This document shows positions 35,131 to 46,213 of a stretch of DNA of 62,014 bases, one piece after another (within the stretch, counting starts at the first letter, position 1; every line of letters begins with the position of its first letter). Source of the DNA: Gammaproteobacteria bacterium (GTDB taxonomy: Bacteria; Pseudomonadota; Gammaproteobacteria; Poriferisulfidales; Poriferisulfidaceae); contig JAPONY010000051.1 of the NCBI GenBank assembly GCA_026713705.1, positions 1-62,014 of the forward strand. Reading direction: 5' to 3'. The position numbers and the translations under genes were made by a program. Below the pieces are notes generated by a model that ran no database searches, was not told the origin of the DNA, and was given only the letters and a program-made list of their open reading frames with translations.

Positions 35131-36264
35131 ATGAAGGATTGGCGCCGCCCGCGCCCGGTGACTCTTCGGCGGCAACGGATCCTACGCGGAGAAGGTTCCC
35201 TGGATGGCCGCACGCAGTCGATCTGGTGCGACAACGACTATCTAGGCCTGAGCCACGAGCCCCGGGTTCGTGAAGCGCTGACTGTCGCGGCCAGCCTCTA
35301 CGGTACCGGCGCGGGCGCCTCGCCGCTGATCACCGGCTACACCGAAGCCCATCGGCACCTGGAGGAACGCCTGGCCACCTTCACCGGGCGCGACCGTGCA
35401 TTGGTTTTCAGTGCTGGCTACCTCACCAATCTCGGGACCGTGCAGGCGCTGGCCGAGCGTGGCGACACCCTGATCGAGGATCGCCTGAACCACGCCTCGC
35501 TGCTCGATGCCGCTCGCCTGTCTCGCGCCAAATGCCTGCGCTATCGCCATGCCGACGCGGCCGATGCAGCCAGGCTGTTGCAGGAGCACCCCGCCCGGCT
35601 GATTCTCACCGACGGTGTCTTCAGCATGGATGGCGACACTGCGCCGGTCGCCGAACTGGCAGCCGCTGCCCATGCGCACGACGCCCTATTAATGTGCGAC
35701 GACGCTCACGGCATCGGGGTCCTCGGAAACCAGGGCGGCGGCCTGCTTGAGGAAGCCGGGCTTTCGCAGGCGGACGTGCCGCTGCTGGTGGGAACCCTGG
35801 GCAAGGCGCTTGGCGCCCAAGGGGGATTCGTCGCCGGGCCTGCCGACCTGATCGAGTACTTGCTCCAATACGCCCGCAGCTATGGCTACAGCACCGCGCT
35901 GGCCCCGCCGCTTGCGGCCGCCGCCGACCGGGCTTTGCAACTGCTGACCGAGGAACCGGAACACCGGGCGCGCTTGCGCGACAACATCGACTACTTTCGC
36001 CAATGCGCGGATCAGCAAGGATTGCCGCTGCAGCCTTCGCGCACGGCCATCCAGCCCTTGGTCCTCGGTGATCCCGAATCCGCGCTCGCAACAAGCCGGT
36101 CCCTGTCGGAACGGGGTTTCGCCGTGAGCGCCATCCGCCCTCCTACCGTCCCCGAAGGCACATCCCGGTTACGCATCACCCTGTCAGCGCGTCACACGCG
36201 CGGGCAAATCGAATGCTTCTGCGAGGCGTTGGCCGCCTTCTGCTCTGTTAAACTGGCGCAATGA
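35131..36264 (+). CDS. bioF: 8-amino-7-oxononanoate synthase
   Basis: NDYLGL, NHASL, DGVFSMDGD, DDAHG, TLGKA and IRPPTVP motifs; start refined. Confidence 0.94.
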   Translation: MKDWRRPRPVTLRRQRILRGEGSLDGRTQSIWCDNDYLGLSHEPRVREALTVAASLYGTGAGASPLITGYTEAHRHLEERLATFTGRDRALVFSAGYLTNLGTVQALAERGDTLIEDRLNHASLLDAARLSRAKCLRYRHADAADAARLLQEHPARLILTDGVFSMDGDTAPVAELAAAAHAHDALLMCDDAHGIGVLGNQGGGLLEEAGLSQADVPLLVGTLGKALGAQGGFVAGPADLIEYLLQYARSYGYSTALAPPLAAAADRALQLLTEEPEHRARLRDNIDYFRQCADQQGLPLQPSRTAIQPLVLGDPESALATSRSLSERGFAVSAIRPPTVPEGTSRLRITLSARHTRGQIECFCEALAAFCSVKLAQ

Positions 36265-37505
36265 CCCTTAGACACAGAAAAGTCCTGCTCGGCGTTACCG
36301 GCAGCATCGCCGCCTACAAGGCCTGCGAACTGGTGCGCCTGCTGGTCCAGGACGGGGCCGAAGTGCAGGTCGTGATGAGTCCGGCCGCGGAACAATTCGT
36401 CGGCGCCATGACGTTCGAGGCGTTGAGCCGCAAGCCCGTACGCACCGCCTTGTTCGACCGCGAGGCGGAAATGGCGATGAGCCATATCGAACTGGCTCGA
36501 TGGGCGGATGCCGTGGTCATTGCGCCAGCCTCCGCCAACTGCCTGGCCCGGCTCGCGATGGGCCTGGCCGACGATCTGCTGACGACCTTGTGCCTGGCTA
36601 CGCGCGCTCCGGTCGTAATTGCCCCGGCCATGAACACGGCGATGTGGGAGAACCCTGCGACCCAGGCGCATGTCCATGTCCTGATTGAGCGTGGCGTTCA
36701 GGTGGTCAGCCCGGATGTTGGAGAGCAGGCATGCGGAGAAACCGGCCCGGGCCGCCTGCCCGACCCGGAATATCTGCGTGCAGTCATCGAGGATCTCGGC
36801 ACGGACCGCGCCCTGCAGGGCATCCATGCCATCGTCACTGCAGGACCGACCCGGGAGCCCATTGACCCGGCCCGCTTCATCAGCAATTTCAGCACCGGCC
36901 GGATGGGCTGCGCGCTCGCCGACGCACTACTGGAGCGTGGCGCCCGCGTCACCCTGATCCACGGACCGATCGACATCCCGCCGCCCTCGGACGCCGACTG
37001 CGTGGCCGTCACGACCGCTGCCGAAATGCTCGAAGAAACCTTGAAGCGCTCGGAAGACTGCCAGTTGCTGGTCGCGAATGCGGCCGTGGCAGACTGGCGC
37101 CCCTGTGCGCCCACCGACCGCAAGACCAAGAAGGCCCAGGAGGTGCGGACCCTAGAACTGGAGCCCACTCCCGACATCCTGGCCACTCTCGGGCAGCAGG
37201 CATCGCGGCCGTATCTTGTAGGGTTTGCGGCGGAGACCGAAGATTTGGAAGAGAACGCACGCGCCAAGCTGCGTGCCAAGAATGCGGATCTCATGGTTGC
37301 CAACCGAATCGGCCTGAATCACGGGTTTGGAGATACGGACACCACGCTTGAGGTGGTGGACGCCGATTCCGCCACGCGGCTTGGCCCCGACTCCAAGAAC
37401 ACCCTGGCGCGACAGCTGGTCGATCACATCACGACCCGACTGTCCCCCGCCTCTTCGGTGGTCGACTTCCTCCATGCTGCCCGTCGAACTACGCATTCTG
37501 GATAA
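36261..37505 (+). CDS. coaBC: Phosphopantothenoylcysteine decarboxylase/ligase
   Basis: [26 protein letters not shown] and GFAAET motifs. Confidence 0.97.
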   Translation: MTLRHRKVLLGVTGSIAAYKACELVRLLVQDGAEVQVVMSPAAEQFVGAMTFEALSRKPVRTALFDREAEMAMSHIELARWADAVVIAPASANCLARLAMGLADDLLTTLCLATRAPVVIAPAMNTAMWENPATQAHVHVLIERGVQVVSPDVGEQACGETGPGRLPDPEYLRAVIEDLGTDRALQGIHAIVTAGPTREPIDPARFISNFSTGRMGCALADALLERGARVTLIHGPIDIPPPSDADCVAVTTAAEMLEETLKRSEDCQLLVANAAVADWRPCAPTDRKTKKAQEVRTLELEPTPDILATLGQQASRPYLVGFAAETEDLEENARAKLRAKNADLMVANRIGLNHGFGDTDTTLEVVDADSATRLGPDSKNTLARQLVDHITTRLSPASSVVDFLHAARRTTHSG

Positions 37506-37929
37506 ACGGCTCGGTGATTCCATCGAGCTTCCGACCTGTGCGACCGAAGGCTCGGCCGGGCTGGACCTTCGTGCATGCCTCAAAGAGCCCCTGGCGCTCG
37601 AACCCGGTCAGTCCGAACTGATTCCAGCCGGATTCGCCATCCACATCGAAGACCCCGGGTATGCCGCGCTGATCCTGCCGCGTTCCGGGCTTGGCCACAA
37701 GCACGGCATCGTGCTCGGCAACCTGGTCGGGCTGATCGATTCCGACTACCAGGGCGAGATCATGATTTCATGCTGGAACCGCGGCCACGAGGTTTTCACG
37801 GTCGAGGTCGGCGAACGCATCGCGCAACTGATTGTCGTGCCGGTGCAACAAGTCGACTTTAAAATTGTCGATGAATTCCCGCAAAGCGCACGCGGTGCGG
37901 GCGGATTTGGACATAGCGGGAAACAATGA
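37474..37929 (+). CDS. dut: dUTP diphosphatase
   Basis: [21 protein letters not shown] and [10 protein letters not shown] motifs. Confidence 0.97.
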   Translation: MLPVELRILDKRLGDSIELPTCATEGSAGLDLRACLKEPLALEPGQSELIPAGFAIHIEDPGYAALILPRSGLGHKHGIVLGNLVGLIDSDYQGEIMISCWNRGHEVFTVEVGERIAQLIVVPVQQVDFKIVDEFPQSARGAGGFGHSGKQ

Positions 37930-39299
37930 ACGCCATTCCGGAACACATTTTTCGAGCCTACGACATCCGAGGCATTGCCGGCAGTGAACTGGATGAGGCG
38001 TTCGCCCGGAGACTCGGCCAGACCGTCGCCGCCGAATACCCTGGCGCCCAAGAAGTCGCCGTCGGGCGTGACGGGCGACATTCGAGCGATGCCCTGGCCG
38101 CCGCCCTGATCGAGGGGCTTGCTGATGCCGGCGTGACGGCCCATGACGTCGGACGGGTCCCGACTCCGGTCCTGTATTTCGCGACCCACGAACTCGGCCA
38201 TGGTTCCGGCATCATGGTGACCGGGAGCCACAACCCTCCCGAATACAACGGATTCAAGATGGTCTTCCAAGGCCACACCCTGGCGGGAGACGACATCCAG
38301 GCCCTGCGCGCCCGCATGTTGCAGGACCTGCCCTGCCCCGGCGGAGGCCAGCGGCTTGAGAAAAACGTGTCGAGGGCTTATGTCGAGCGGATTGCCAGCG
38401 ATATCCAGGTGGCCCGCCCCATGCGCATCGCGCTGGATGCCGGCAACGGCGTCGCCGGCCCCATCGCCGCCGAAGTGCTGCGCGCCTGCGGCGTGGAAGT
38501 GACGGAGCTGTACTGCGACGTGGATGGCGATTTCCCGAACCACCATCCAAACCCCAGCGACGCGAAGAATCTGCAAGACCTGAGGACCCGGGTGCTGGAA
38601 GACAAGCTGGATTTGGGACTGGCGCTGGATGGCGACGGTGACCGGTGCGGCGTGGTCGATGACCAAGGAGAGATTCTGTGGGCGGACCGCCAGCTGATGG
38701 TCCACGCCGTCGACGTGCTCGATCGCGAACCGGGCGCCACCGTGGTGTTCGACGTCAAGTGCTCCAGCCTGCTGCCTCGCGTCATTGAGGAATCAGGCGG
38801 CGCGCCGGTAATGGCACGGACCGGGCACTCGTTCATCAAGGCGAAAATGAAGGAGACCCAGGCCGCCCTGGCGGGCGAGATGAGCGGGCACCTGTTCTTC
38901 CAGGAACGCTGGTACGGATTCGACGACGGAATCTACGCCGGCGCACGGCTCCTGCAGATCCTGGCCGAGAAGGAGGAGCCGGCCAGTGCGGTTTTTGCCG
39001 CCCTGCCGCAGGCCTGCGTGACACCGGAAATCAACATCCCGTTCGAAGTCGACGGGGATCAGCACCGGTTCATCGAGAAATTCTCGGCCTGCGCCGAATT
39101 CCCCGGAGCACGCCTGACCAAGATCGACGGCGTCCGCGCCGACTTCGAAGACGGTTTCGGGCTAGCACGGGCATCCAATACCACTCCGTACGTGGTGACC
39201 CGATTTGAAGGAACGACCTGGGATGTCATCGAACGAATCCAGGCCGAGTTCCGCAGGCAAATGCTCGCCGTGGACCCTGGGCTAGAACTTCCGTTTTAA
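37926..39299 (+). CDS. algC: Phosphomannomutase/phosphoglucomutase
   Basis: [20 protein letters not shown] and GEMSGH motifs. Confidence 0.95.
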   Translation: MNAIPEHIFRAYDIRGIAGSELDEAFARRLGQTVAAEYPGAQEVAVGRDGRHSSDALAAALIEGLADAGVTAHDVGRVPTPVLYFATHELGHGSGIMVTGSHNPPEYNGFKMVFQGHTLAGDDIQALRARMLQDLPCPGGGQRLEKNVSRAYVERIASDIQVARPMRIALDAGNGVAGPIAAEVLRACGVEVTELYCDVDGDFPNHHPNPSDAKNLQDLRTRVLEDKLDLGLALDGDGDRCGVVDDQGEILWADRQLMVHAVDVLDREPGATVVFDVKCSSLLPRVIEESGGAPVMARTGHSFIKAKMKETQAALAGEMSGHLFFQERWYGFDDGIYAGARLLQILAEKEEPASAVFAALPQACVTPEINIPFEVDGDQHRFIEKFSACAEFPGARLTKIDGVRADFEDGFGLARASNTTPYVVTRFEGTTWDVIERIQAEFRRQMLAVDPGLELPF

Positions 39300-39309
39300 C
39301 CTTCCAGCT

Positions 39310-39813
39310 ATGTCTGAAAACCCTCCTTCGGAAACCGCCCCCTTTTCAGTCCTGTTCATTTGTACGGGAAACATGTGCCGCAGCATCATGGCGGAGGCCC
39401 TTCTCTCCCACCATGGCCGCGATCGCGTCCGCGCATGCAGCGCCGGCAGTCATCCTGCCGGAGTCGTCCATCCCCTAGCCCTGGAAGTGCTGGCTGAACT
39501 CGGCATTGATGCAAGTGATGCCCACAGCAAATCCTGGGACGAGTTCGCCGGCCAACCTTTTAATACGATCTTGACCCTCTGCGACTCCGCGGCAGGCGAA
39601 GCCTGCCCCTGGTTTCCTAGTTCCGTCATCCGGGCGCATTGGGGGACCCGGGATCCTTTCACCTTCACTGGAAACGAAGAGGAAACCCTTGCCTGTTTTC
39701 GAGAGGTCCGAGGCCATCTGGAGGCCCGTATCCGGGCTCTGCTGGCTCTGCCGCTGGAAATCCTGGACCCGTCGGAGCTACAGAAAGAACTGTCTGCGAT
39801 CGGACTGAGCTGA
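39310..39813 (+). CDS. arsC: LMW-PTP-fold arsenate reductase-like protein
   Basis: CTGNMCRS P-loop, LCD...EACP and HWG..DP motifs. Confidence 0.8.
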   Translation: MSENPPSETAPFSVLFICTGNMCRSIMAEALLSHHGRDRVRACSAGSHPAGVVHPLALEVLAELGIDASDAHSKSWDEFAGQPFNTILTLCDSAAGEACPWFPSSVIRAHWGTRDPFTFTGNEEETLACFREVRGHLEARIRALLALPLEILDPSELQKELSAIGLS

Positions 39814-39825
39814 CGTGCCTACCCC

Positions 39826-39831
39826 TATAAT
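39826..39831 (+). promoter_or_regulatory. -10 box for rraA
   Basis: TATAAT followed by GC-rich GGCGCCG, 30 nt before the ATG. Confidence 0.5.
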
Positions 39832-39861
39832 GGCGCCGTCTCAAATCTGCCGGATTAATTC

Positions 39862-40341
39862 ATGACGCTCGCCACTGCCGACATTTCCGACCAACACCCA
39901 GACGAAGTCCAGATTGCTGAACCGGGGTTTCGCGATTACGGAGGAATCCCTGCATTCGCGGGTCCGATTTCCACGGTGAGTTGCCAGAATGACAACTCCA
40001 AGGTCCGGGAAGCGCTGGAAGAGGAAGGAAATGGCCGTGTCCTGGTTGTGGACGGGTCCGCTTCCATGCAGTGCGCGTTGCTCGGCGACATCCTCGCCGC
40101 CATGGGACACGAACACCACTGGGCTGGTGTCATCGTCAACGGCTGCATCCGCGACTCCGCAGTCATCGCCACCATTCAGATCGGTGTCAAGGCCTTGGAC
40201 ACGAACCCTTTGAAAAGCGTGAAGCGGGGAATCGGGGACCGTGATGTTCCAGTCCGCTTTGCCGGAATCGACTTTACGCCCGGCCACTGGGTCTGCGCCG
40301 ACCCGGACGGCATCCTGGTCTCGCCCCGGGCACTTGTCTGA
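39862..40341 (+). CDS. rraA: RraA-family protein (RNase E regulator / HMG aldolase)
   Basis: TADISD, DNSKVR, VLVVDG, ALLGD and GCIRD motifs. Confidence 0.92.
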   Translation: MTLATADISDQHPDEVQIAEPGFRDYGGIPAFAGPISTVSCQNDNSKVREALEEEGNGRVLVVDGSASMQCALLGDILAAMGHEHHWAGVIVNGCIRDSAVIATIQIGVKALDTNPLKSVKRGIGDRDVPVRFAGIDFTPGHWVCADPDGILVSPRALV

Positions 40342-40362
40342 TCGTCCGGAAGTCCGTTCCGG

Positions 40363-41127
40363 TCAGGATTCGATATCGCCCCGGCGCCCACCCCGGCGCC
40401 TCAACCGGATCAGGTACAGCACTGGCCCTGACAGCGCATAGCCACCGAACAGCAGAAGCAACACGTTAGGCGGATTGATCGAAAATAGCAGCAGCCCCCC
40501 CAGAATAATCAGCCAGGTGACCAGGCCGACGCGGAATTTAGGCTGGGTTTCCTTGAAGCTGTAGTAGCTGAACCGGCTAACCAGCAAGACGGCAATCAGC
40601 AGGGTCGCCGCCAATGCCGCTTCCTTGAGTTCAACGCCGGTATAACCGTAGCTGTCGGCAACCCACATTCCCGCCATCAGGATTCCTGCCGCAGCCGGGC
40701 TCGGCAATCCTCGGAAAAAGGCCCGGTCCTGAGAGTGGGCATGCGTGTTGAAGCGTGCTAGGCGCAGGCCGACGGCCGCCATGTAGAAAAATGCACCTAG
40801 CCAGCCGAGCTTGGCCCATTCACCTCCGACCGGTTGCATGAACTGCAGGGACCACTCGTACATCACCAGTGCCGGCGCCACCCCGAATGCGAGCATGTCG
40901 CTCAGGCTGTCGTAATGCAGGCCGAATTCGCTGGCAGTGTGGGTAAGGCGGGCGACCCGCCCATCCAGCGCATCAAGAACCATGGCGACGAAGATCGCCA
41001 ACGCGGCCGGCTCGAAACGCTGTTCGATGGCGAAGATCACCGCGGAGAAACCGGCGAACATCGCCGCCGTGGTAAACAGGCTCGGCAGCAAATAGATGCT
41101 GCGGCGATAGCGACGGGGACCCTTCAC
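40363..41127 (-). CDS. pssA: CDP-diacylglycerol--serine O-phosphatidyltransferase
   Basis: IYLLPSLFT, DALDGRVAR...G..YDSLSD, RLARFN and GLPSP motifs; start uncertain (GTG at 41127 chosen). Confidence 0.93.
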   Translation of the reverse strand: MKGPRRYRRSIYLLPSLFTTAAMFAGFSAVIFAIEQRFEPAALAIFVAMVLDALDGRVARLTHTASEFGLHYDSLSDMLAFGVAPALVMYEWSLQFMQPVGGEWAKLGWLGAFFYMAAVGLRLARFNTHAHSQDRAFFRGLPSPAAAGILMAGMWVADSYGYTGVELKEAALAATLLIAVLLVSRFSYYSFKETQPKFRVGLVTWLIILGGLLLFSINPPNVLLLLFGGYALSGPVLYLIRLRRRGGRRGDIES

Positions 41128-41366
41128 GGGATGGGGGTTTGAGGAGATGGCGTCGCGGCGGGAAATCGCCGCGACATAAGCGTTTGGCTTTGGCTTAGAC
41201 GAGGTTGACGACGCACCACGCGAGCAATGCGTATATCGCCCAAAACACAACCATCGATACGAGGTTGCCGATCATCTTTGTTCCTCCAGAGTTGCCAGAG
41301 TATTGTCATCGCGCAAATTTTCTGCGCTCTTCAATTCTAACATGACATCAGTCTAGCAAGTGCCCC

Positions 41367-42927
<1,561 letters not shown>

Positions 42928-42928
42928 G

Positions 42929-44656
42929 TCAGGACAAAATCATTTCGTTATGCGCCGCGCCCGGGGCGATCATCGGGAACACGTTCTCGCGCGGGTCGGT
43001 TATGAAATCGGCAAAGACCAGCCGGTCCTTGAGGCTAAGGATCTCGCGCAGAGCCGGCTCCACGTCTTTCGGCTTCTCGATCTTCATGCCGACATGCCCA
43101 TAGCTCTCCGCCAGTTTCACGAAGTCCGGCAACGCATCCATGTACGACATGGCGTAGCGGGAATCATAGAAGAAATCTTGCCACTGGCGAACCATCCCCA
43201 TATACCGGTTGTTCAGGTTGATGATCTTGATCGGCAGGCCGTATTGCCGGCAAGTCGACAGTTCCTGGATGCACATCTGGATACTCGCCTCGCCGGTCAC
43301 GCAGCACACCAATTCATCCGGATGGGCCAGTTGCACGCCCATCGCCGCCGGCAGCCCAAAACCCATCGTGCCAAGCCCGCCGGAATTGATCCAGCGTCGC
43401 GGTTGAGTGAATTTGTACAGTTGCGCCACCCACATCTGGTGTTGCCCCACGTCGGATGTCACGAACGCATCGCCGCCCGTCTGTTGGTACAGCTGATCCA
43501 GAACATACTGCGGCTTGATCTCTCCGTCCATGTCCTGTTGGTACGCAAAGGAATCCTTTTTCGCCCACTCACGGATTTGCCCCCACCACGGGGAAACGTC
43601 GGGCAGTGAATGCTTGCCGTCGCGCAACTCGTCCGTCAGTGCACGCAATACCTTTCGGGCATCGCCCACGACCGGGATATGCGCTCGGAAGTTCTTCGAG
43701 ATGGACGACGGATCGACATCCACGTGGATCACCTTGGCGTAGGGGCAGAAGCCATCCAGTCGCCCCGTAATCCGGTCGTCGAAGCGGGCTCCGACGGCAA
43801 TCAGGACATCGCTGTGGTGCATCGCCATGTTTGCTTCGTAAGAGCCGTGCATGCCCAGCATCTGGATGAACTGCGGGTCAGTGCCGGGGAAGGCACCAAG
43901 GCCCATCAGCGTGTTGGTGATGGGAAATCCGGTCAATCGCGTGAATTCGGCGAGTTCCTCATGGGCGCCGCTGGAAATCACCCCGCCGCCACTGTAGATG
44001 ATCGGGCGCTCGGCCTTCGCGATCAACTTGGCTGCCCGCTTAATCTGCCCCGCGTGCCCTTCCAGAGTTGGTTGGTAGGAGCGCATGTCCGGATCCTGCG
44101 GGTAGGAAAACACCCTGGACTGTTCCGTCACGTCCTTCGGGATATCCACCACCACCGGCCCCGGCCGCCCGGTCCCCGCGATATGAAACGCCCGCTTGAC
44201 CGCCAGCGGCAGATCCTCCACCTTCTTCACCAGAATGTTGTGCTTCACGCAAGGCCGCGTGATGCCGACGGTGTCGACTTCCTGGAAGGCGTCGTTGCCG
44301 ATCAGCGCAGTGCGCACCTGCCCGGTGAACACCACCAGCGGCACGGAGTCCATGTAAGCATCAGCAATACCGGTCACGGCGTTGGTCGCACCTGGACCGG
44401 AGGTCACCAGAACCACCCCGACTTTTCCGGTCGATTTGGCATAACCCTCGGCCGCATGTACCGCGCCTTGCTCGTGCCGGACCAGGATGTGATCCACTTC
44501 CTGTTGCTTGTGCAGTTCGTCGTAGATATGCAGCACGGCGCCGCCAGGGTAGCCGAACACGGTGGTGGCCCCTTCCTCAACTAGGCAGCGGATGAAGATC
44601 TCCGCGCCGTTCAGTTCCTGCGTCTCAGGATTCGAGCTTTGTTTCAAGTTGTCCAT
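42929..44656 (-). CDS. ilvI: Acetolactate synthase large subunit
   Basis: FGYPGGAVL, RHEQ, TSGPGATN, DVGQHQMW and GEASIQM...NN motifs. Confidence 0.97.
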   Translation of the reverse strand: MDNLKQSSNPETQELNGAEIFIRCLVEEGATTVFGYPGGAVLHIYDELHKQQEVDHILVRHEQGAVHAAEGYAKSTGKVGVVLVTSGPGATNAVTGIADAYMDSVPLVVFTGQVRTALIGNDAFQEVDTVGITRPCVKHNILVKKVEDLPLAVKRAFHIAGTGRPGPVVVDIPKDVTEQSRVFSYPQDPDMRSYQPTLEGHAGQIKRAAKLIAKAERPIIYSGGGVISSGAHEELAEFTRLTGFPITNTLMGLGAFPGTDPQFIQMLGMHGSYEANMAMHHSDVLIAVGARFDDRITGRLDGFCPYAKVIHVDVDPSSISKNFRAHIPVVGDARKVLRALTDELRDGKHSLPDVSPWWGQIREWAKKDSFAYQQDMDGEIKPQYVLDQLYQQTGGDAFVTSDVGQHQMWVAQLYKFTQPRRWINSGGLGTMGFGLPAAMGVQLAHPDELVCCVTGEASIQMCIQELSTCRQYGLPIKIINLNNRYMGMVRQWQDFFYDSRYAMSYMDALPDFVKLAESYGHVGMKIEKPKDVEPALREILSLKDRLVFADFITDPRENVFPMIAPGAAHNEMILS

Positions 44657-44878
44657 GCGATTGCTTAAAAGCCTCACGGAGAGCACGTCATGCCCTCGCG
44701 CGCTATTGTGCTCCAAAAGCCTTTATTTTTCAAATTGAAATGGCGATAAATACTTATTCCTCATCTAGAGAAAACGTTTCTTGTACTGCTTTGGTCAACC
44801 TATATACTCGGTTAACACTACACTTTATTTCTAACGGGCAAAAATCAAGCAGGTTCACCCTCTTACCAATAGCAGGTA

Positions 44879-46213
44879 TTATTCCTGATCAGGTATAGCA
44901 GCCCAACATTGAATCCATCTTTGTGTATCTGTACTTTCACCTGAATCAGCGCCATTAATTTCCACGTATAAATCCGGAGACCACTTTTGTTCCCATACTT
45001 TAATCGAAACCTTTTCTCCTGAGGCTTGTTCTTTTTCCGCCATCAGACTACACACCCACGTTTCATCCTTCGCTTGTGGACTGCGGAATCCATTCTCTTT
45101 TACATCAAAACCATCTTTGTACATTCTTTGCAACAACCCATTACGCATCTCAGCCTTTTCCCCGTCCATCCTTATTGCTGAGTCGGGAACCTCTTCCTGC
45201 ATAATTTCTTCTAAATTCCATGGAATATCTTCGAATCGAGTCTTGTCAGCATTCCATCGTATCCCGAGCCCAGACATCGTATTCCCTTTTGCGCGTTCAA
45301 TGAAGTACGCTAAGCTCGTTTGATTGCTGCTCTCGCGCAAACTTTTGATTCTTTCCAGCCATACACGCAACAAGTTTGCTAACCAGTCAGGATCAGCCGT
45401 CTCTTCTGGCGGTATCCCCCGATAGTCATTCCAAATCAATTGGGCAAATGCATTTAGCGGATGTCCGTGTTCTTCATACCATTTTTGCAAATCTCCTGTA
45501 CTATCAGCCGGTCTTCCATCGCTACTCTTGCGCCACAATCTTGGCTCCCGATATATTCTTTCCAGAATGTCTTCAAATTCCTTCAATAATTTCAGTTCGG
45601 GCATCCAAATTCTTTGCTTAGGGTGTTGTTGATGTGTCATCCACTGTACACATGCATCCCAAATAGCCAGCATGCAATCCACGCTATTGGGAGGGATTGG
45701 GCCTGGCTCGATTAGTGCATATCTCCATTGCTCATACCCCTTTCCTCCTGTCCCCGATACTTCTTTTAAGAACTTTTGCAAAGTCTTAATCCTTATGTAA
45801 TTGTGCAGTGACTGGAATCTTTTGTAATACTCGCTCAATACTCGCTTTGTTCTCTTGTCCATTTGCCCAAAAAGGCGGCTCAAATTGTGAGTGCGTAAGT
45901 TCGATTCTTCATCACTTAATAGGCATTCAATAGTTACCCCTCTTTCCATTGCAATCATGAATTTGAAACTCTGTTCAATTCCTGAATAGCCTGCAGCGAC
46001 AAATGCCCACCAGCTTGCTATTTGCGTTCCAGAATGTAGGTCCCATCCCCTTTCAGTTTTTTCGAATGCTTCTTGGCTTCTCTTTTGAGCACTTTTTAAT
46101 CGTTGAAATATTTCCCGCTGTTCATCCTGGGTCATCACATTTCCATTTTTTCTTTTACCTTTCGTCCTCTTGTGACGCGTGATCTTCAAGAGTATCGTCT
46201 TGAAAATTCTCAT
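44879..46213 (-). CDS. Hypothetical protein with an N-terminal HEPN-like domain
   Basis: Pattern GIEQSFK...RTHNLSRLF...YEQWRY matches the HEPN E..K / H.L..L / RY layout; ATGA overlap with res. Confidence 0.55.
   Translation of the reverse strand: MRIFKTILLKITRHKRTKGKRKNGNVMTQDEQREIFQRLKSAQKRSQEAFEKTERGWDLHSGTQIASWWAFVAAGYSGIEQSFKFMIAMERGVTIECLLSDEESNLRTHNLSRLFGQMDKRTKRVLSEYYKRFQSLHNYIRIKTLQKFLKEVSGTGGKGYEQWRYALIEPGPIPPNSVDCMLAIWDACVQWMTHQQHPKQRIWMPELKLLKEFEDILERIYREPRLWRKSSDGRPADSTGDLQKWYEEHGHPLNAFAQLIWNDYRGIPPEETADPDWLANLLRVWLERIKSLRESSNQTSLAYFIERAKGNTMSGLGIRWNADKTRFEDIPWNLEEIMQEEVPDSAIRMDGEKAEMRNGLLQRMYKDGFDVKENGFRSPQAKDETWVCSLMAEKEQASGEKVSIKVWEQKWSPDLYVEINGADSGESTDTQRWIQCWAAIPDQE

Noticed and set aside
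41124-41309. 61-aa ORF between ilvC and pssA as a possible psd remnant
   Set aside because: No phosphatidylserine decarboxylase motifs; the stop/start overlap may be chance.
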